Counted from the stretch's first letter, positions 51,401 through 64,000 are shown. The stretch is 64,000 bases of DNA from Phoronis australis (GCA_002633005.1 NMRA01000045.1:985552-1049551), one strand, 5' to 3'. Numbers and translations are program-made. The notes: a model not told the origin generated them from the sequence alone.

Positions 51401-53703
51401 TTTATTTGTTTCCACATACGAAGGCTTACCGGTGTGAACGCCAGTATGTGAGCGATAATGATGTCATGAGTGCAGTGTAGGAGTATTTTGAGGGGCTCGA
51501 CAAAAGTTTCTTTTACGAAGGCATTGCAAAATTGGAGCACAAATGGAAGAAATGCATTGATGTAACGGGAGATTATATTGAAAAATAAAAGTCAAAACGA
51601 GTTGCTACCGCGTTGTTTTCTGGGTGAGGCCGAGAACATAATGAACGACCCTCGTACTATTATTTATTTGGGTTCAGTACTGCATGCAGTGCTGGATTAT
51701 TCATTCAGTTAAACAATCTACTGCTTGGGACCCGGCGCAAAGCGGACTCCATCTCATCCTCGCAGGGGTGACTCAGGTTGTTGCAATCGGAGTAATCCAC
51801 CGACCAAAACAAGGGCCTCTCACGAAATAGGGACCCCTGTTTTGTCACTGCACAGACCTCTCGAAAGTGGTGGGGCACCGGAAACGGGGAGAAACAGTAA
51901 GAAAAATTTAAAGTCTAGTGCCACAGATTTCTTATAGCATGGGGCGGTCCCCGTGGTGCATGAATACGGCATGGACTGTACCCTTCTGAAATGAATATCT
52001 ATTTTACCTGTTTATGGATTACTGACAGGTTCATAATAAGGTCAGATTATCACACCCCCCGTCCTTGAAAAAGATCAAAATAAAATGTGTTTAACTGTCT
52101 AGTTGCACTGAATGCTTGAGAGTTAGGGCGAAACTGGTGGCGACCAGGGGTACATGTTCCGCCCCGCCCACCTACCTATGCGTATAGATACTGAATCTAA
52201 CTACGCTGTGGTAATCAAAAAGTAAACCATGGAAACCGAATCAGGTCTGAACTACCTAGTCAGCCAGTCACATCCGCGCAGTCCGGTTTACATGAATCGA
52301 CACAAGCTGCCCAGGCTAAAAGCTAAAAAAAGTCCTACCGACTGCACACGACAAAGAGTCAATAACTGGACCTTGCGAGTTCGTGGATAATTCGAAATTC
52401 TGTGCAAACTGCTTAAGAAATGTGTAGGATTACATTCATTAAACGCTGATTACCGAGGATCTTTTCTGTGCTACAAAATCTGATAACTTATCAATGTGTC
52501 GACCGTTATTCATGTAAAATCCCTTTCGGGTGGACCATTATCGTCGACAAAGTTGAACGATTCTCATCTTCAGAAAACTACAAGATAGAGTTCACTAGCT
52601 GTCTCTCGGCGAAAAAAAAATCTAGCCAAAATCATAAGCTCTCATTAAAAATACACGACAATATCTCGCATAATCTCGATAAGTCTTGCTTTTCTAACAA
52701 GGTCCTAGCGGTACTGAAGTTTATCCAGATCTAAGTCTCGTTCAGTAGGAACTCCAAAGATATTTGACGTGTTCTTCAGTTTCAGAAAGTGTTGCCTGCA
52801 GTCAACCGACTATTCAACTTTCTCCCATTTTTGCTTACGTTCTGTAACCTTTTATAGCCGCGCATGCGTCATAATGCTGTTTACTTTTTAATTTTGCCTA
52901 TGTTTTGGTCGTTTGTGAAGTTTCATTCGTACTCAGAATTACAATCGTGTTTTAACAACTTTTTCACGTGTCGAAATTGTGTAAATTTCTGAACTGTATA
53001 CCATACAAAAGGAGAGGCTATAGGTGTTTTTAGCTAAAACTCGGGCCATGTTACTTTAAACTAACCAATTCCCAAAAATTAAGAATGAGTAAATCAGTTG
53101 CTTTATAAGTCCTTTGTTTAAACTTGAACATGCGTTTCATTACCCAACATACATCAAAACGACGAATTTTGACAGCCAGAGGTCAAACTATAGTACGATG
53201 GGATAATCAAGGGCCATAGAAACACGCACTACATTAAAATGCGACACACGTGTTTTTCGAGGGTGTTTGGAAAAGTTGACAAATTTCGAACCGCATGTTG
53301 CTCAGTAGAATAAGCCTTGCTTATGGGCGGAACCATATGGATTCTTCAATAATATAAAAACAGGAACAGTTCATTTACCTGAAGTACACAATGTCTCTGT
53401 TCCTCCAATCTCTTCAAAGTATGTCCACTTTTCCTCTTTAATGAGAAATTTTCGACAGCAATCATTATGATACTTCTCGCACAACTTGAGCCTTTTGCAA
53501 TACGCAAATGCATCGCATTGCGCATCATGTTCACATTCTGCTGCGCAGTGAAGTTGCGACGTAACAGTTACATTTCTGACGGCAGTGAAACGTCGTCGCG
53601 TTTGATAAGTCATCTGAAAGGTACTGTCCGCTAGTATTTTTAGCGAAAGGTATGCAACAATAATGAAGAAATAAGCAAAGAGAGCAGCGCGATATTGTAA
53701 CAT
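42761..53703 (-). CDS. Secreted PAN/Apple + F-type lectin (fucolectin) domain protein, 3 exons, ~264 aa
   Basis: Exon 1 53703 (or upstream ATG 53754)-53379: signal peptide + PAN SQLHCAAECEHDAQCDAFAYC...C. Exon 2 45443-45222: GKPTSQSST...AVDGN...SCSHT...NPWWQVDL...VTITNRG. Exon 3 43008-42761: RLHDFEIKV...C...GRYLVIQ...LTLCEVEV. All GT-AG, phase 1. Joining exon 1 across a 7.9-kb intron is inference. Confidence 0.82.
44270..44430 (+). mobile_element. tRNA-derived SINE remnant
   Basis: B-box GGTTCAAACCC at ~44322 after a degenerate A-box; a second B-box GGTTCGAGTCCC at ~44160. Confidence 0.4.
46995..48590 (+). mobile_element. Decayed L1/Tx1-clade LINE in lectin intron 2
   Basis: IFLDELLMEMRGKTIAYS; NKSPSS..FSVEVVKILWHDL...LRTGIITCIPK; QNGYLSKTFHLQRDFRQGC-[CT repeat]-YIFILCAKIL; many stops and frameshifts. 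Confidence 0.85.
48360..48534. repeat. (CT)n microsatellite
   Basis: Long CT/CCT tract containing one N (48475). Confidence 0.95.
51245..51656 (+). mobile_element. Mariner (DD34D) transposase 3' remnant with TIR
   Basis: Frameshifted VLF.QDNAPTHTAQVAVAEA...EILPHP..YTP...FYLFPH...FFYEGIAKLEHKWKKCIDVTGDYIEK*, ending ATGAACGACCCTCG-TA. Confidence 0.9.
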
Positions 53704-53936
53704 GCTAGCAGTGACGTTCTGGGAATATGATGCGTTCATCCACATACGGGTCATTTTCTATTGCCGGTGCTCCCAATCATATTAATTCAGACAATTGTTA
53801 AGTAACCTGGCGTCGTCATGAATCATGCAATAGCGGAGTTGCAACGCCGCCATATTGGAAATGGGTCAGAATGTTGCATTGTGGTTAAGCTGGTAAACAA
53901 GTACGTCGGCAAGCGTGGGGGCGAACCGGCCACAGG

Positions 53937-54170
53937 GAGGTTATACGTGTTGTGTGCCTGGCATGCTATAATACCAGTTAGCGAAATAAAAAATTTAGTT
54001 ACTACCTGTTTCCCAAGGATCAAGAACTGCGTTAAACATGGGTCAGAGACAGGTAGCAAAGGCCGACTCCGTGAATTCTTTCCGACTTCGTAGCATAAAG
54101 TGTGCAGCGCTCATTTTGAGGGCGGCAAGAAAACGTATCTTAGAAACTGCCCAACAATATCTCCCTTCAA
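53937..54170 (+). pseudogene. Disrupted THAP zinc-finger ORF (DNA-transposon relic)
   Basis: Frameshifted GGYTCCVPG..YN...YYLFPKDQELR*TWV...HKVCSAHFEGGKKTYLRNCPTISP carries the C2CH THAP signature. Confidence 0.75.
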
Positions 54171-55239
54171 AGAAACAGTAACAAATACTCCACGGCGGTT
54201 GGTAGTGAAAAAAAACTTGTTTTCGCTTGACCAGAATCAAGCCAACATGAGCAATTTTAGTTGAGGATAATGCCTCTGCACAATCACCTGTTCTGGGTCG
54301 ACTCACTTAACGTATGCACACTATATGCATTACGCGCTAAGATAAAGCGTGCAGATTATTATTATTTACTTTCTACAAAATTGTGGTACATTGCTATCAA
54401 AATTCGTTGTTAAATTACGATCATTTTTCATAAAATTTTGTTGAAGTTCCAGGGCGAAATCTTGCCGACAAATGCGTAGCTGCTGGTCTCGCAATCGTCG
54501 ATAGGGCTTGAATTCTTAAATAAGAATACAGCTTTGACTCAACAAATTACCTGAAATCCTCCTCAAGTTTTCCAAATAGCGTCTCTAAGATTTTTAAGTT
54601 CTTGTGAAGTCTGGATTAACTGCAGATTAAGTCCAAATCTACGCTAGATTGTAGCACGCAACCCGAGAAAAATCTCTGTGGGAACACATGTTGTTGTCAC
54701 GTGACGTTTGTTTTGAAGTTTGTATGCGTGTGTGTGAGAGTAAGCGTGCGTGTGCTTGTCAGAGTTCATTTGCCAGAGTAATGTAATGATCTAGGTGTGC
54801 ATTGTATCCAAAAAAAAAAAAATCAAGCAGTCAAGCAGAGCGTGTTTTAATATTTACGGCTTAGCACTTGCTGGCCTCATCTGCTAAAAACGTTCGAGAA
54901 TTTTTTCGGTAAGACCGACATGTCACTCATTGAGTCGCCGGGTGAGTGGATGCGTGACCGTAGTGTAACAGCTATTTCCCGGAAGATTTGGGGTGTAAGG
55001 GTGCGAAGTGGGTCATTTTGACCTTAAAAACACCAATTATGATTAGTTAAATAATTTCTCTTAAAAATAATGCAGAAGCTTTTTACGGTATTGGAAACTT
55101 TCGGAAATTAGTGCCAATATTTATTTGCCGATGCTATGTTACCCGATTAATCTTCGATGACAGTCGGTACATTATGCAGCGCGCGCTTCTTGGTCGCGTG
55201 CTAACACTGGTCGAGTTTTTTTTTTTAGTCTTCGATTCA

Positions 55240-55630
55240 CGGTTTTCACATGCACAAAGAAGTTTGAGGCCGGAGAAGATCTGTACTGGAAAGAAACAAT
55301 GCAATCCCGCTCTTTGACAAGTACGCTGTGTCTGTTTTCAAAGTCCAGACCCGCGTAGTGGGGCACATCCCTCGCAAGAGCAGCAAAACTTCTGCGTTCT
55401 TTTTGAATCGCGGCGTAAGTTTGAAGTGTATACGGACATAACGGTGAGGCTCGTGGTCCGTTACAAATTCAGGCTGTCGGATCTTTCAATTGATAAATTG
55501 GAGACGTTAGAACTGTAGGTAAGGGCATTTTTCGCATGTAGTTCATGGGCTGGGCGCTTACTTTAGCAAAGTCTGAAAACGCGTTGGGGCACTTGTTGAG
55601 CCATGGGCGCTAATTAGGGCGAATAGCGGC
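55240..55630 (+). mobile_element. Relic of a HIRAN-like ORF-carrying (pogo-type) DNA transposon
   Basis: Frameshifted GFHMHKEV*..GEDLYW..NP.FDKYAVSV...VVGHIPRKSSKTSAFFLNRG, followed by a GGGCGC-TAATT-type subterminal repeat end. Confidence 0.55.
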
Positions 55631-57885
55631 AGAATTACATACAGCAGCGTAGTTTAATGCACACAAATTACACGTCGTGCAAACCAGTCGGTCATCCCGT
55701 TTACCATCAACAATCCCAGTAGCCTTTGCGCACCCTAATTTCCGGACATGCGCAATCGTTAAATCGATTGGGTTGCAACTCCGCTATTGTCCTACTTTCG
55801 TTTCCGCCAGCGAGGTCTCCAGTCTTGAGTTTTGTAACGGTACACTTGAAACTGGCGAGGTTCAGGGATTTATGAAGGTGCACTTTGCTCCGTTAAACTG
55901 AACGAAAATGAAAATTGAATTCAGTTTTATACTCTAATAAAATTGATCTCATGATAGTCCTCATGAAAGGGTTCTATTTCCGTTACCAAATAGAGTGAAC
56001 GTGGAAACCATCGGTCTGCCAATCACTGAGACACGCACCAATTGATAGGGATAGACAAAATGAACTCAACAAAGTGAAGCATCGGCTGACCAACTCTAGG
56101 TCTTCGTGCGCAAACAAAAAGGTCTAGAAACAACATTCGTTCCACTAATTCACTAACTACGTTTTGGCACCAGTTTCTGGTACCGTCAACATTGCCACGT
56201 TTATGTCAAAAGTTCTCCACTCGATATTTGCGAGCAAGTGATTGTCAGACGAACCCCCACCCCCAGCGTGAAAAAAATATTATTTTGAAGCTTTCCATTT
56301 TTGCAATAGAGTGGAAGAAAATAAAAACTAAAACTGGTTGCAACTTAACTTTCATTCCACGAGAGCATCAACAGGTCGACTCTAGGGTCATCGACTTGGA
56401 ACTTGAAGAAAAAATTGTCTGTACATACATCCTAGTGAGATATGTTCAAATGTTTATTTGAAAATTTTTGGGTCATTATTTTTTAAGGAGGAACTAAACT
56501 ACAATGCTATTTGAACATGATCTACCATAAATAAAGTGCAATTGTATTCATTGGCAACTTGTGAATGTGAAAACAAAAAAATTTTGCAAATAGATGACCT
56601 TTGCACCAATGACGTACCTTCGGGCTCACACAGCCTGCATCATGCAGCGTTATTCCCCAACTTGGCTAGTTAATGGCAAGGCGAACCAATGTCTTTTATG
56701 ATTGGTCGCATTAACATATCTGATTTGTGTATCTAAAGGTTTCCATACACGTGTGAGGCTTTTTGCAAGCAGCCATTGGCATTCATTGACAAATTGCCGT
56801 TTGACACCTGCGGTAATTGGAATTTAATAAGTGTTGACCAGTATCTGTAAAAATGTTATTTGGGCTACATACCGGCACTCGATCCCAAAACTCTATAGAA
56901 GACAAGGTAAAATACCGGTAAAATATAATTTTGAATGTACTAGTATCACAATAACAATACTTTAGACGTAAAATTCAGCTGCTTTTACCCATCATTTTTT
57001 ACCTTTAGGTGCTTTAACGTCCTGTTTTTTCAGCCAGGAACAAGTTTGGAGATATCCCAACTCGACCATAAGTACGTTTCCTCTACAAGAAATAATCCTC
57101 ATTGATACCACTGGAATTTCACTTTGTTCAATGGGTGAAAGGTCTAGGGGTGTTCCAAGAAATGTGCGAGGAGAAATTCCGTTTTTAATAGCGAAGGACA
57201 AAAAGCATGTCATGTCAGTGTGTGAGAAGAGAAAGTATCGTTTTTCATCCGTTACTTGTGTTTTTCCTTTTTCTTATCTTGCCATCCGTACTATTTTACT
57301 TGTTTGGTCATTCATATTACTCATCGTAATTGACCAGCTCAATATGACGTGCACGTGAAGATTTGAGTTGTTTGATGTACGAGAATTTTAAACAAAATTA
57401 TAACATTTCCAATACATAGATTCCTTAATACAGTGTAGGTATACATTTGTTCTGGGACATGCCAAGAAAAATTAAACATCATGGTTCAAATGTACTGATA
57501 CTTTCATTTTAGTTGTGGCACGTGCTACCACAAAGGGGGACAGGTCCAGAGTGTGCATCCCTTCTGTCGGTAGGAAATGGCACCATTGAAGCACACATGA
57601 ATTAATTGTCCGAAACTTGGAGGTGGTCTTTATGGAGCAGCTGTGGGACCGTGGTGTGTGTGTATTTATTTATTATAGTGACATAAGGGTACCAGTAAAT
57701 ACAATATCAAAGACAGATTATTCACCACACCCCTCAGCCTCAATGGGCTTACTCAGTCACCTAATAATAATTAAATCATTACATAACAAATTGCACAAGC
57801 TCAAATATGACCACTTCAGACTAGTTTATAAACAAACAATTACTTCTAACCTGCAAAGTGTCTTGAATGAATTTCGCTAGACCTT

Positions 57886-58790
57886 TCAAGTTATTTTGGA
57901 ATATTTGAGGTAGGGCAAAACGCCGTAAAAATATGGTCGAATGCGAGTATATTTTTCACAATCAAAAATGAAATGAACTTCATCTTCAATTTCTTTTTTA
58001 CAAACACGACAAATCCGTTCATTCACAGGAATTCCGAAGTACCGCCCCATCTCAACCTCTAACGGTAGAATACCTGCTCTCAATCGAGCTATGACGGACC
58101 TCTGAGACACCGGCAGACGTAAATACTCTTCTACACAATAGTCATTCTTAATAGATCTATATAAGTACAGTTTTGGTTTCTCAGTGATTATTTTTAACCA
58201 ATTTAACTCTTCTAACTGGAACCTGAACGTTCTGAAGTTTTCGAGAGACACAACTTGTTTGTTCCTGAAATTTTCTAAAAAGTCGCACTTCTCCATAATT
58301 TTGAATATTGAACTTGACCAGTTGCAGGAGTTCCGATGTTTAAGGTCCCATAAAAAGACTTTTTTGGCAATTCTGCTTTCATCCATTAGAACTAAACGAT
58401 TCCAGAGCCGTAGCATATTTTCATGTTGTTTGTAGTGTGAATTTGGCCAACCCGAGTCGCCATAAAGTACTGCATTGGCAGCATACTTGTGGACCCCTAA
58501 AAATATACGTAGAGCTCTCGTTCTGATCATTTCACATATAGAGTATTGAGAGTATCCCCAAATTCCAGATCCATATTCTAGAATTGAAGCTACGGACATT
58601 TCAAAACATTTACTGTAACTGTTGAAACCCATGTTACCAATATGTTTGTACTGGCTCACCAGAGCTCCCAACGTAAGACTATTTCTGTCAAAATAGTGGT
58701 AATCGTTTCGTGATATGATATTTACTTGAATTGCTAAATACCGGTTTGATCACTATATTACTATTTGTCGTTTCATACGTACCAATTAGT
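57886..58790 (-). mobile_element. 5'-truncated LINE: RT C-terminus + CCHC zinc-binding tail
   Basis: Open 261-aa stretch ILEYGSGIWG...FLGVHKYAANAVLYGDSGW...KPKL..Y..IK...ARLRAGILPLEVEMGRY...ERICRVC..EIEDEVHFIFDC. Confidence 0.9.
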
Positions 58791-60569
58791 ATCGCAACTT
58801 CAATTGCCATGATTTACCTGCTTAGAATTGTTCATATTAATAATTTACAACTCGTTACTGAAGTTCACTAATTGCAATCAACTAAAGGCAAAGTCGTTTT
58901 AAGCCCTGTCTATACTCTTCATGGATTTTCTGTACACGAGTTTGTATGTGACTTTTGGAATGCAGTCTAAACACTTCGATAGTTCATATAGGACTTTTGG
59001 CAAAATTGTAGCTATTTTAGGAACGAAATGGTGTTGCTGAATAGGAGCATTCGTATACCGCTTCAGTGAGACCATTGTAAACACATCATATTATGCCCTT
59101 GAAACTAGGTCTCGTGTCAAAAATTACTGATAGTGAATTGACAGCGATATCCTAAGCGGACCAAAAATCAGAGTATAATATGACATACTTTATTTCAACC
59201 TAAATGTTGGACCTTTTACTACACGAAGTTGAACCGAAAACGCTGTTGAAAAACACGCAAGATTTTTCGTATACAAGAAATCGCACACGAAAAATGAGAT
59301 TTTGCAGGTATTGAGGTATGATATGTAAAAAAAATGATACCATTTTACGTTCTACAGTATGATGGAATCAAGAACGTCCCCCAGTTAGTCGGTGTGTCTG
59401 GCTTCAAACTTATTGCCTCCATGTCACAGGTCTATCATGCACTGTGTTCTTTTTGGAGTTGTACACGACAAGCGTAAAACACGAGCGTAAATTTCACCGA
59501 GCGTACAATTACGAACGTAAGATTGGATGGTGGGACCCTAGGAAAATGACCAAATTCCGATACATCCTATCTCAGTAATGGCTGATTGGATTCGTATGAA
59601 ACTTTCAGATTCTGTTCTTTGTGTACTGTTCTTGAAAACGCTTTTAAGAATGGTTTTAAACTGCTCCACTGTTGCATGGAGGCTATCAAAACACGGACTT
59701 TTATGATTGAATAAAATGAAAACGAAGTGATAGCAGTAGATAACAAAAATGTGATTTTTCATCGTGGACATTTCTACCAAACGAAACTTGGTCGTGTTAT
59801 TGACATCGTTATTTGGCATCTTCTAGATCAAGGCCAACGAGTAGATTTTTTTTGTTTTCAATACCTTGTCATATCTCATTGGCCCACGAATCTCTACCTG
59901 GTCGATAAGCACCCATTCCTGGGAGGAGCCAGGGTTCAATGATCTTGGTGATTCTTTGCGCAGTGATCTTTTCAGGGATATTTACGAATCGAATGAGCCT
60001 GGGCAGCTCAGCTATACACATGCTCACAAACACAAGATAATCAGATTCACTGAGCTTACTAGAAATATCTTCCTCAAAACTGCCTACAAACCTGATCTAA
60101 CCCTAATATTTAAAAATTTATAGACATTGCAAAGTGCCGGCGACTACAGTCTTATCGTACATGGCCCCTTGATTCCCAGGGTCGGGGAGGATACAAAAAG
60201 TCTAGAAGGGAGTGTCAAAGAAAACCAGAGTAATGAGTGCCTGAGATTTTAGAGTTAATTTTACAAAGGTTGAAGTGTGGATTGAATGGGGCGGAACGAT
60301 ATTTGTGGTGAGGGTGGCGGGGGTGTCTTTGTTGCACATGTCAAGGTGAAAACTGACGGTGAAACCATCAATGAAGAAGTTAGGAAGAGGATGAATGCCT
60401 TAAAGTGATGGACTTTCACCGGATGATGACGTAGTGGTTGGGCGTTTGGGTTTCACGTGAGGGATATAAAAGTGGTTACGTTTCCTGCATATGCGCTTTG
60501 GTGATTTGCTTGCATATTCACCACGTGAAACAAAATTAGTAGTAGTATTATGTCTGATTTTCACCAATA

Positions 60570-61990
60570 AGTGAATGAATGACAACAGCCATGTTTTTCT
60601 GCGCACATATTCAAATTGAGTTGACTGCTATTACCTTACAACCATTCAAAGCGGTGAAAGTTCCAAACCTGAATTGCTTTAGTGACAATGCGAATGACAC
60701 ACTATGTACAACATTTGGTCAATTTGCAATAAGATCAATTTTATTACTACATATTTTCTACACAAAGACCTAACCAAAGAGAATTAAAAAGGATACATAT
60801 ACTAAAACTGTTGTCAAATGCAATAATTTCTTATCAGTGTTCAGTGTGATTAGTTTACAACACAGAAGTAATTAAAGGAAGTAAATCTAACCAACTTCAA
60901 ATAAAAATCAACCAGGTTCACCAACAACATTAGTCCAAAGCTTAATCGTTCAATATTAGGCAACACAACATAAAATTTATGACCAACTAATTTCTTATCA
61001 ATGTGCAGTGTGAGTAATTTACAATTACACCGCAAACAATTAATTAATGCAAGTTAAACTAACCAAACAGAAATTAACCAGGGTTAACATCAACGTCACT
61101 CAGAAGTGTATTGTTCAATATTGGGCAACTTTTACTCCTGTCACCCACTACTCCCAATTCTCCCGACGAGGAGGTGGTCAACCATCCAGTTATGAACGTT
61201 ATGAACGCAGGGTTATTATTGTCTAGAACAATCACGGTCTATTTAGCATTATTATAATAATCAGTACATTTTGAGAGGTTTACAGTGCATATCGACTAAA
61301 AACATCGACAAAATCGACAATTACCGATATTACAAGTAAAATTAATAGTTGTTTCTTCAACAACAAATGAATGAGTGACAACAGCCATATTTTCTGCAAA
61401 CAGATTCAAATTGAGTTATTTGCTTATATCTAGTAATTAAAAGAGTAAATAATCGTAGCCATTCAATAGGTGTAGGTTTCAAGCCTGAATTGCTTTAGGG
61501 AAAATGCGAATGACATTGTATGGACAACGTTTGGTCAATTTATGCAAGATCAGCTTTACTACTACATATGTTCTAGACAAAGAATAAACCAAAGAAAATT
61601 ATAAAGGATACATCAACTAAAACTGTTGTTAAATTCGATAATTTATTATCAGTGTGCAGTGTGAATAATTTATAATTAAAGCGCAAACAGAAATCATTAA
61701 AGCAAGTCAAACTAACCAAATTCAAACAAAAATTAACCAGGGTTAACATAAATGTCAGTCAGAAGCGTAATTGTTCAATATTGAACAACACAGCGTGAAC
61801 TTCATAACTAACTTGTATTACTCCTGTCACTACTCTGAATTCTTACGACAAGCAGGTGGTCAACCATCCAGTTATGAATGCAGGGTTATTAATGTCTAAA
61901 ACAATCATGGTCTATTTAGCAGTATTGTTGCATTGCAATAATCCGTACATTTTGAGAGGTTTACATTGCATATCAACTAAAAACATCAAA
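60570..61990. repeat. Imperfect ~800-bp tandem duplication within copy B
   Basis: GAATGA.TGACAACAGCCAT...TTCAAATTGAGTT at 60572 and 61369; shared CCTGAATTGCTTTAG, and GGTGGTCAACCATCCAGTTATGAA at 61173 and 61855. Confidence 0.8.
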
Positions 61991-63351
61991 AAAAATTCGG
62001 GCGTGTTTTACAACTTTGGACAGAAATCATTGTCATATTAATTTACGCATCCATAGCAAAACAAGTCTGATGACAGGAAAATTATTTTCCAACGTGGTTT
62101 TAAGACGCATAGGAATTCTACAACCTAAATTGACCGGATCACTTTTCAGTGGAGTCCACTGCAGTGTGCAAAGTCTTGATTTATTTAATGGTTCCTAAGA
62201 TTGTTCGACGCGCTATTTTTACATCTTGAAAGTCATCTGCTCTTTTCGAAAACTTCAGATTTCATGGCCTTTCAAGCGATTCAACCTCGTTTTTGTGCCA
62301 GTGGGTTTCACCCATAGCTTATGAGTTTAGGTAATCTATTCTATGTTACACCACATTTTGGTTATGACTGGCAAAGAAACGATAATAGGCCTTTTTAGTT
62401 AGATCCGAAACAAGAATATGGCCTTATAATCGAAACGGTTGGCAATGATGCTTCCAAAGTCACGAATATTATTTGGAAGGCCTTATCTTCATTTGTTCAT
62501 ATTAAACATAAAATACTTGAAAAAATCTTCAATGCCCAAATACTACCAATTCTAAATTGCTCTAGTGAAGAAAGCGGCTTTCACGAGGCCAAAGATGTGA
62601 ATAATGTACACAATAATATTGATGTTAGTAGTGAGATTACACCAGGCACATGATATTATCTGTTCCTGAAGTTAACTGAAAAAATCTTAGACATTCATGA
62701 TATGAAAAAACATTGGACGAAGTTAATATATGTAGACCCAAATAGGTATCTCTCAAAGATTTGCCAAAAGCAGTTTAGGCTTGATGAAAAAGGTGTGGAA
62801 ATTTGGGTTCTGAAGGTAAGAACTCCGTTGGCGAGACGATGACATCATAGAGAAGATTGGAACAGGCAGCAGTGGCAAATAAAACTTAATATTTCAATAA
62901 GAAAAGTATAAGCTAAAAAATCTTGGCGAATATCGACACCTGGGACTTTTTGGACGTCTACGTTGGAATAGTCTTCCAGATTTTCCTTTAGGAAAGAGGG
63001 GAGATGAGAATGTGTTTGACGCTCTGAGAAATGTAAACCTAGTACTTGCTACACAAACAGCCAAACATTTATTTTTAGCAAATAAACTTAAGATTACAGA
63101 ATCTGTCAGAGGCACAGATTGTTAATTAAGGATTGTACGTTGTTGTAATGAGTTATTTGTGATGTTTGGTATTTACTTTTCAAGGGCTTTATATTCCGGG
63201 TAATACGGTACATATTATACTGGACGCGTCACCCTGACCTTTACATTCTGAAGCTTGCAAAACGCTAAATTCAGCACCTCTGTTGTTCAGTATTTATTCC
63301 AATCTCACAGTCTCGAAGAACGCTTTTCCGGATGTTAGCATTGTTTCAGTT

Positions 63352-63593
63352 TCACAGTTTGCGACGTCCAACCACTTCAACTTCACACAGCGTGAGAATC
63401 TCGTCCTGCCCAGGTATCTGTATGACCAAGTAACGTCCATATGTAGGGCACTTGTCACAGTTAATACTTACTGTCGCTCCGTCAGGAAAATTTCCGTTGA
63501 AGAATTTGCATACCGCATAATCGCTTTGCTTTCTATCATTTGGAGTACCTGGGACGTCTGTAACTTTAATCTCGAAATCGTGAAGTCTGAAAC
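63352..63593 (-). CDS. Last exon of a paralogous F-type lectin gene (upstream exons lie beyond the window)
   Basis: AG acceptor, phase 1; FRLHDFEIKVTDVPGTPNDRKQSDYAVCKFFNGNFPDGATVSINCDKCPTYGRYLVIQIPGQDEILTLCEVEVVGRRKL*. Confidence 0.85.
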
Positions 63594-64000
63594 CTAAAAA
63601 TAAGAAAGTTAATGGGGGTGGATTTAGAAGGGGGAGGGGGGAGGGGGCAGAGGAAATCCTCCTCTAAGACCACCAACAGCAAAGAGAGAACAGTATAAAA
63701 TTGCAAACGCTCCAACCTATTTTACGATTACGAATTTTTCAGATTGTTAACATTATAGTAAATTGATTGAACAATGCAGCATCGAATAAAGACGAGTTGT
63801 CTGGTTGTTATGTGCACATTTTTGTCAATGGTCAGTCGGAATTTAGATATATAACATTTAGGCCTAACCTCCTGCACTATACAATCACCGAGTCACTGAC
63901 CTACTATTATGTGTCAGTTAAAAATATGTAGTTGTCACCAGATTACGACGGCCACATGCGTATTTTAACAAAACAACACAGGGAAGGGTTCGCCAGATTA

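Larger units (their letters stand above)
59829..64000. repeat. Segmental duplication copy B (runs off the window end)
   Basis: Collinear with 39138-43415 at an offset of ~20.6 kb. Confidence 0.9.

Overview
Eukaryotic DNA: AT-rich, with GT-AG introns and many MITE, LINE and SINE relics. Gene content suggests a marine invertebrate, possibly a lophotrochozoan (inference only). Genes reconstructed by hand: (1) two tandem, paralogous, intronless coding regions of an unassigned coiled-coil/disordered family (5107-6708 and 13068-15671, +); (2) a 4-exon gene on the minus strand (17600-23232) for a membrane-anchored protein resembling the mostly bacterial YqcI/YcgG heme-dependent guanidine N-hydroxylases; (3) an 8-exon ACOT7-like acyl-CoA thioesterase (23543-33285, +), head-to-head with gene 2 across ~310 bp, with a likely mitochondrial presequence and an internal second ATG; (4) a 3-exon secreted PAN/Apple + F-type lectin gene (42761-53703, -) with a non-canonical fucose motif, plus the last exon of a diverging paralog (63352-63593) in a ~20.6-kb-offset segmental duplication. 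The rest is decayed LINEs, mariner/Tc1, THAP and HIRAN-like transposon relics, MITEs and mini/microsatellites. Best candidate for an undescribed system: the intron-containing animal YqcI/YcgG-like enzyme and its shared promoter with ACOT7. All family calls come from motif recognition; no database searches were run.
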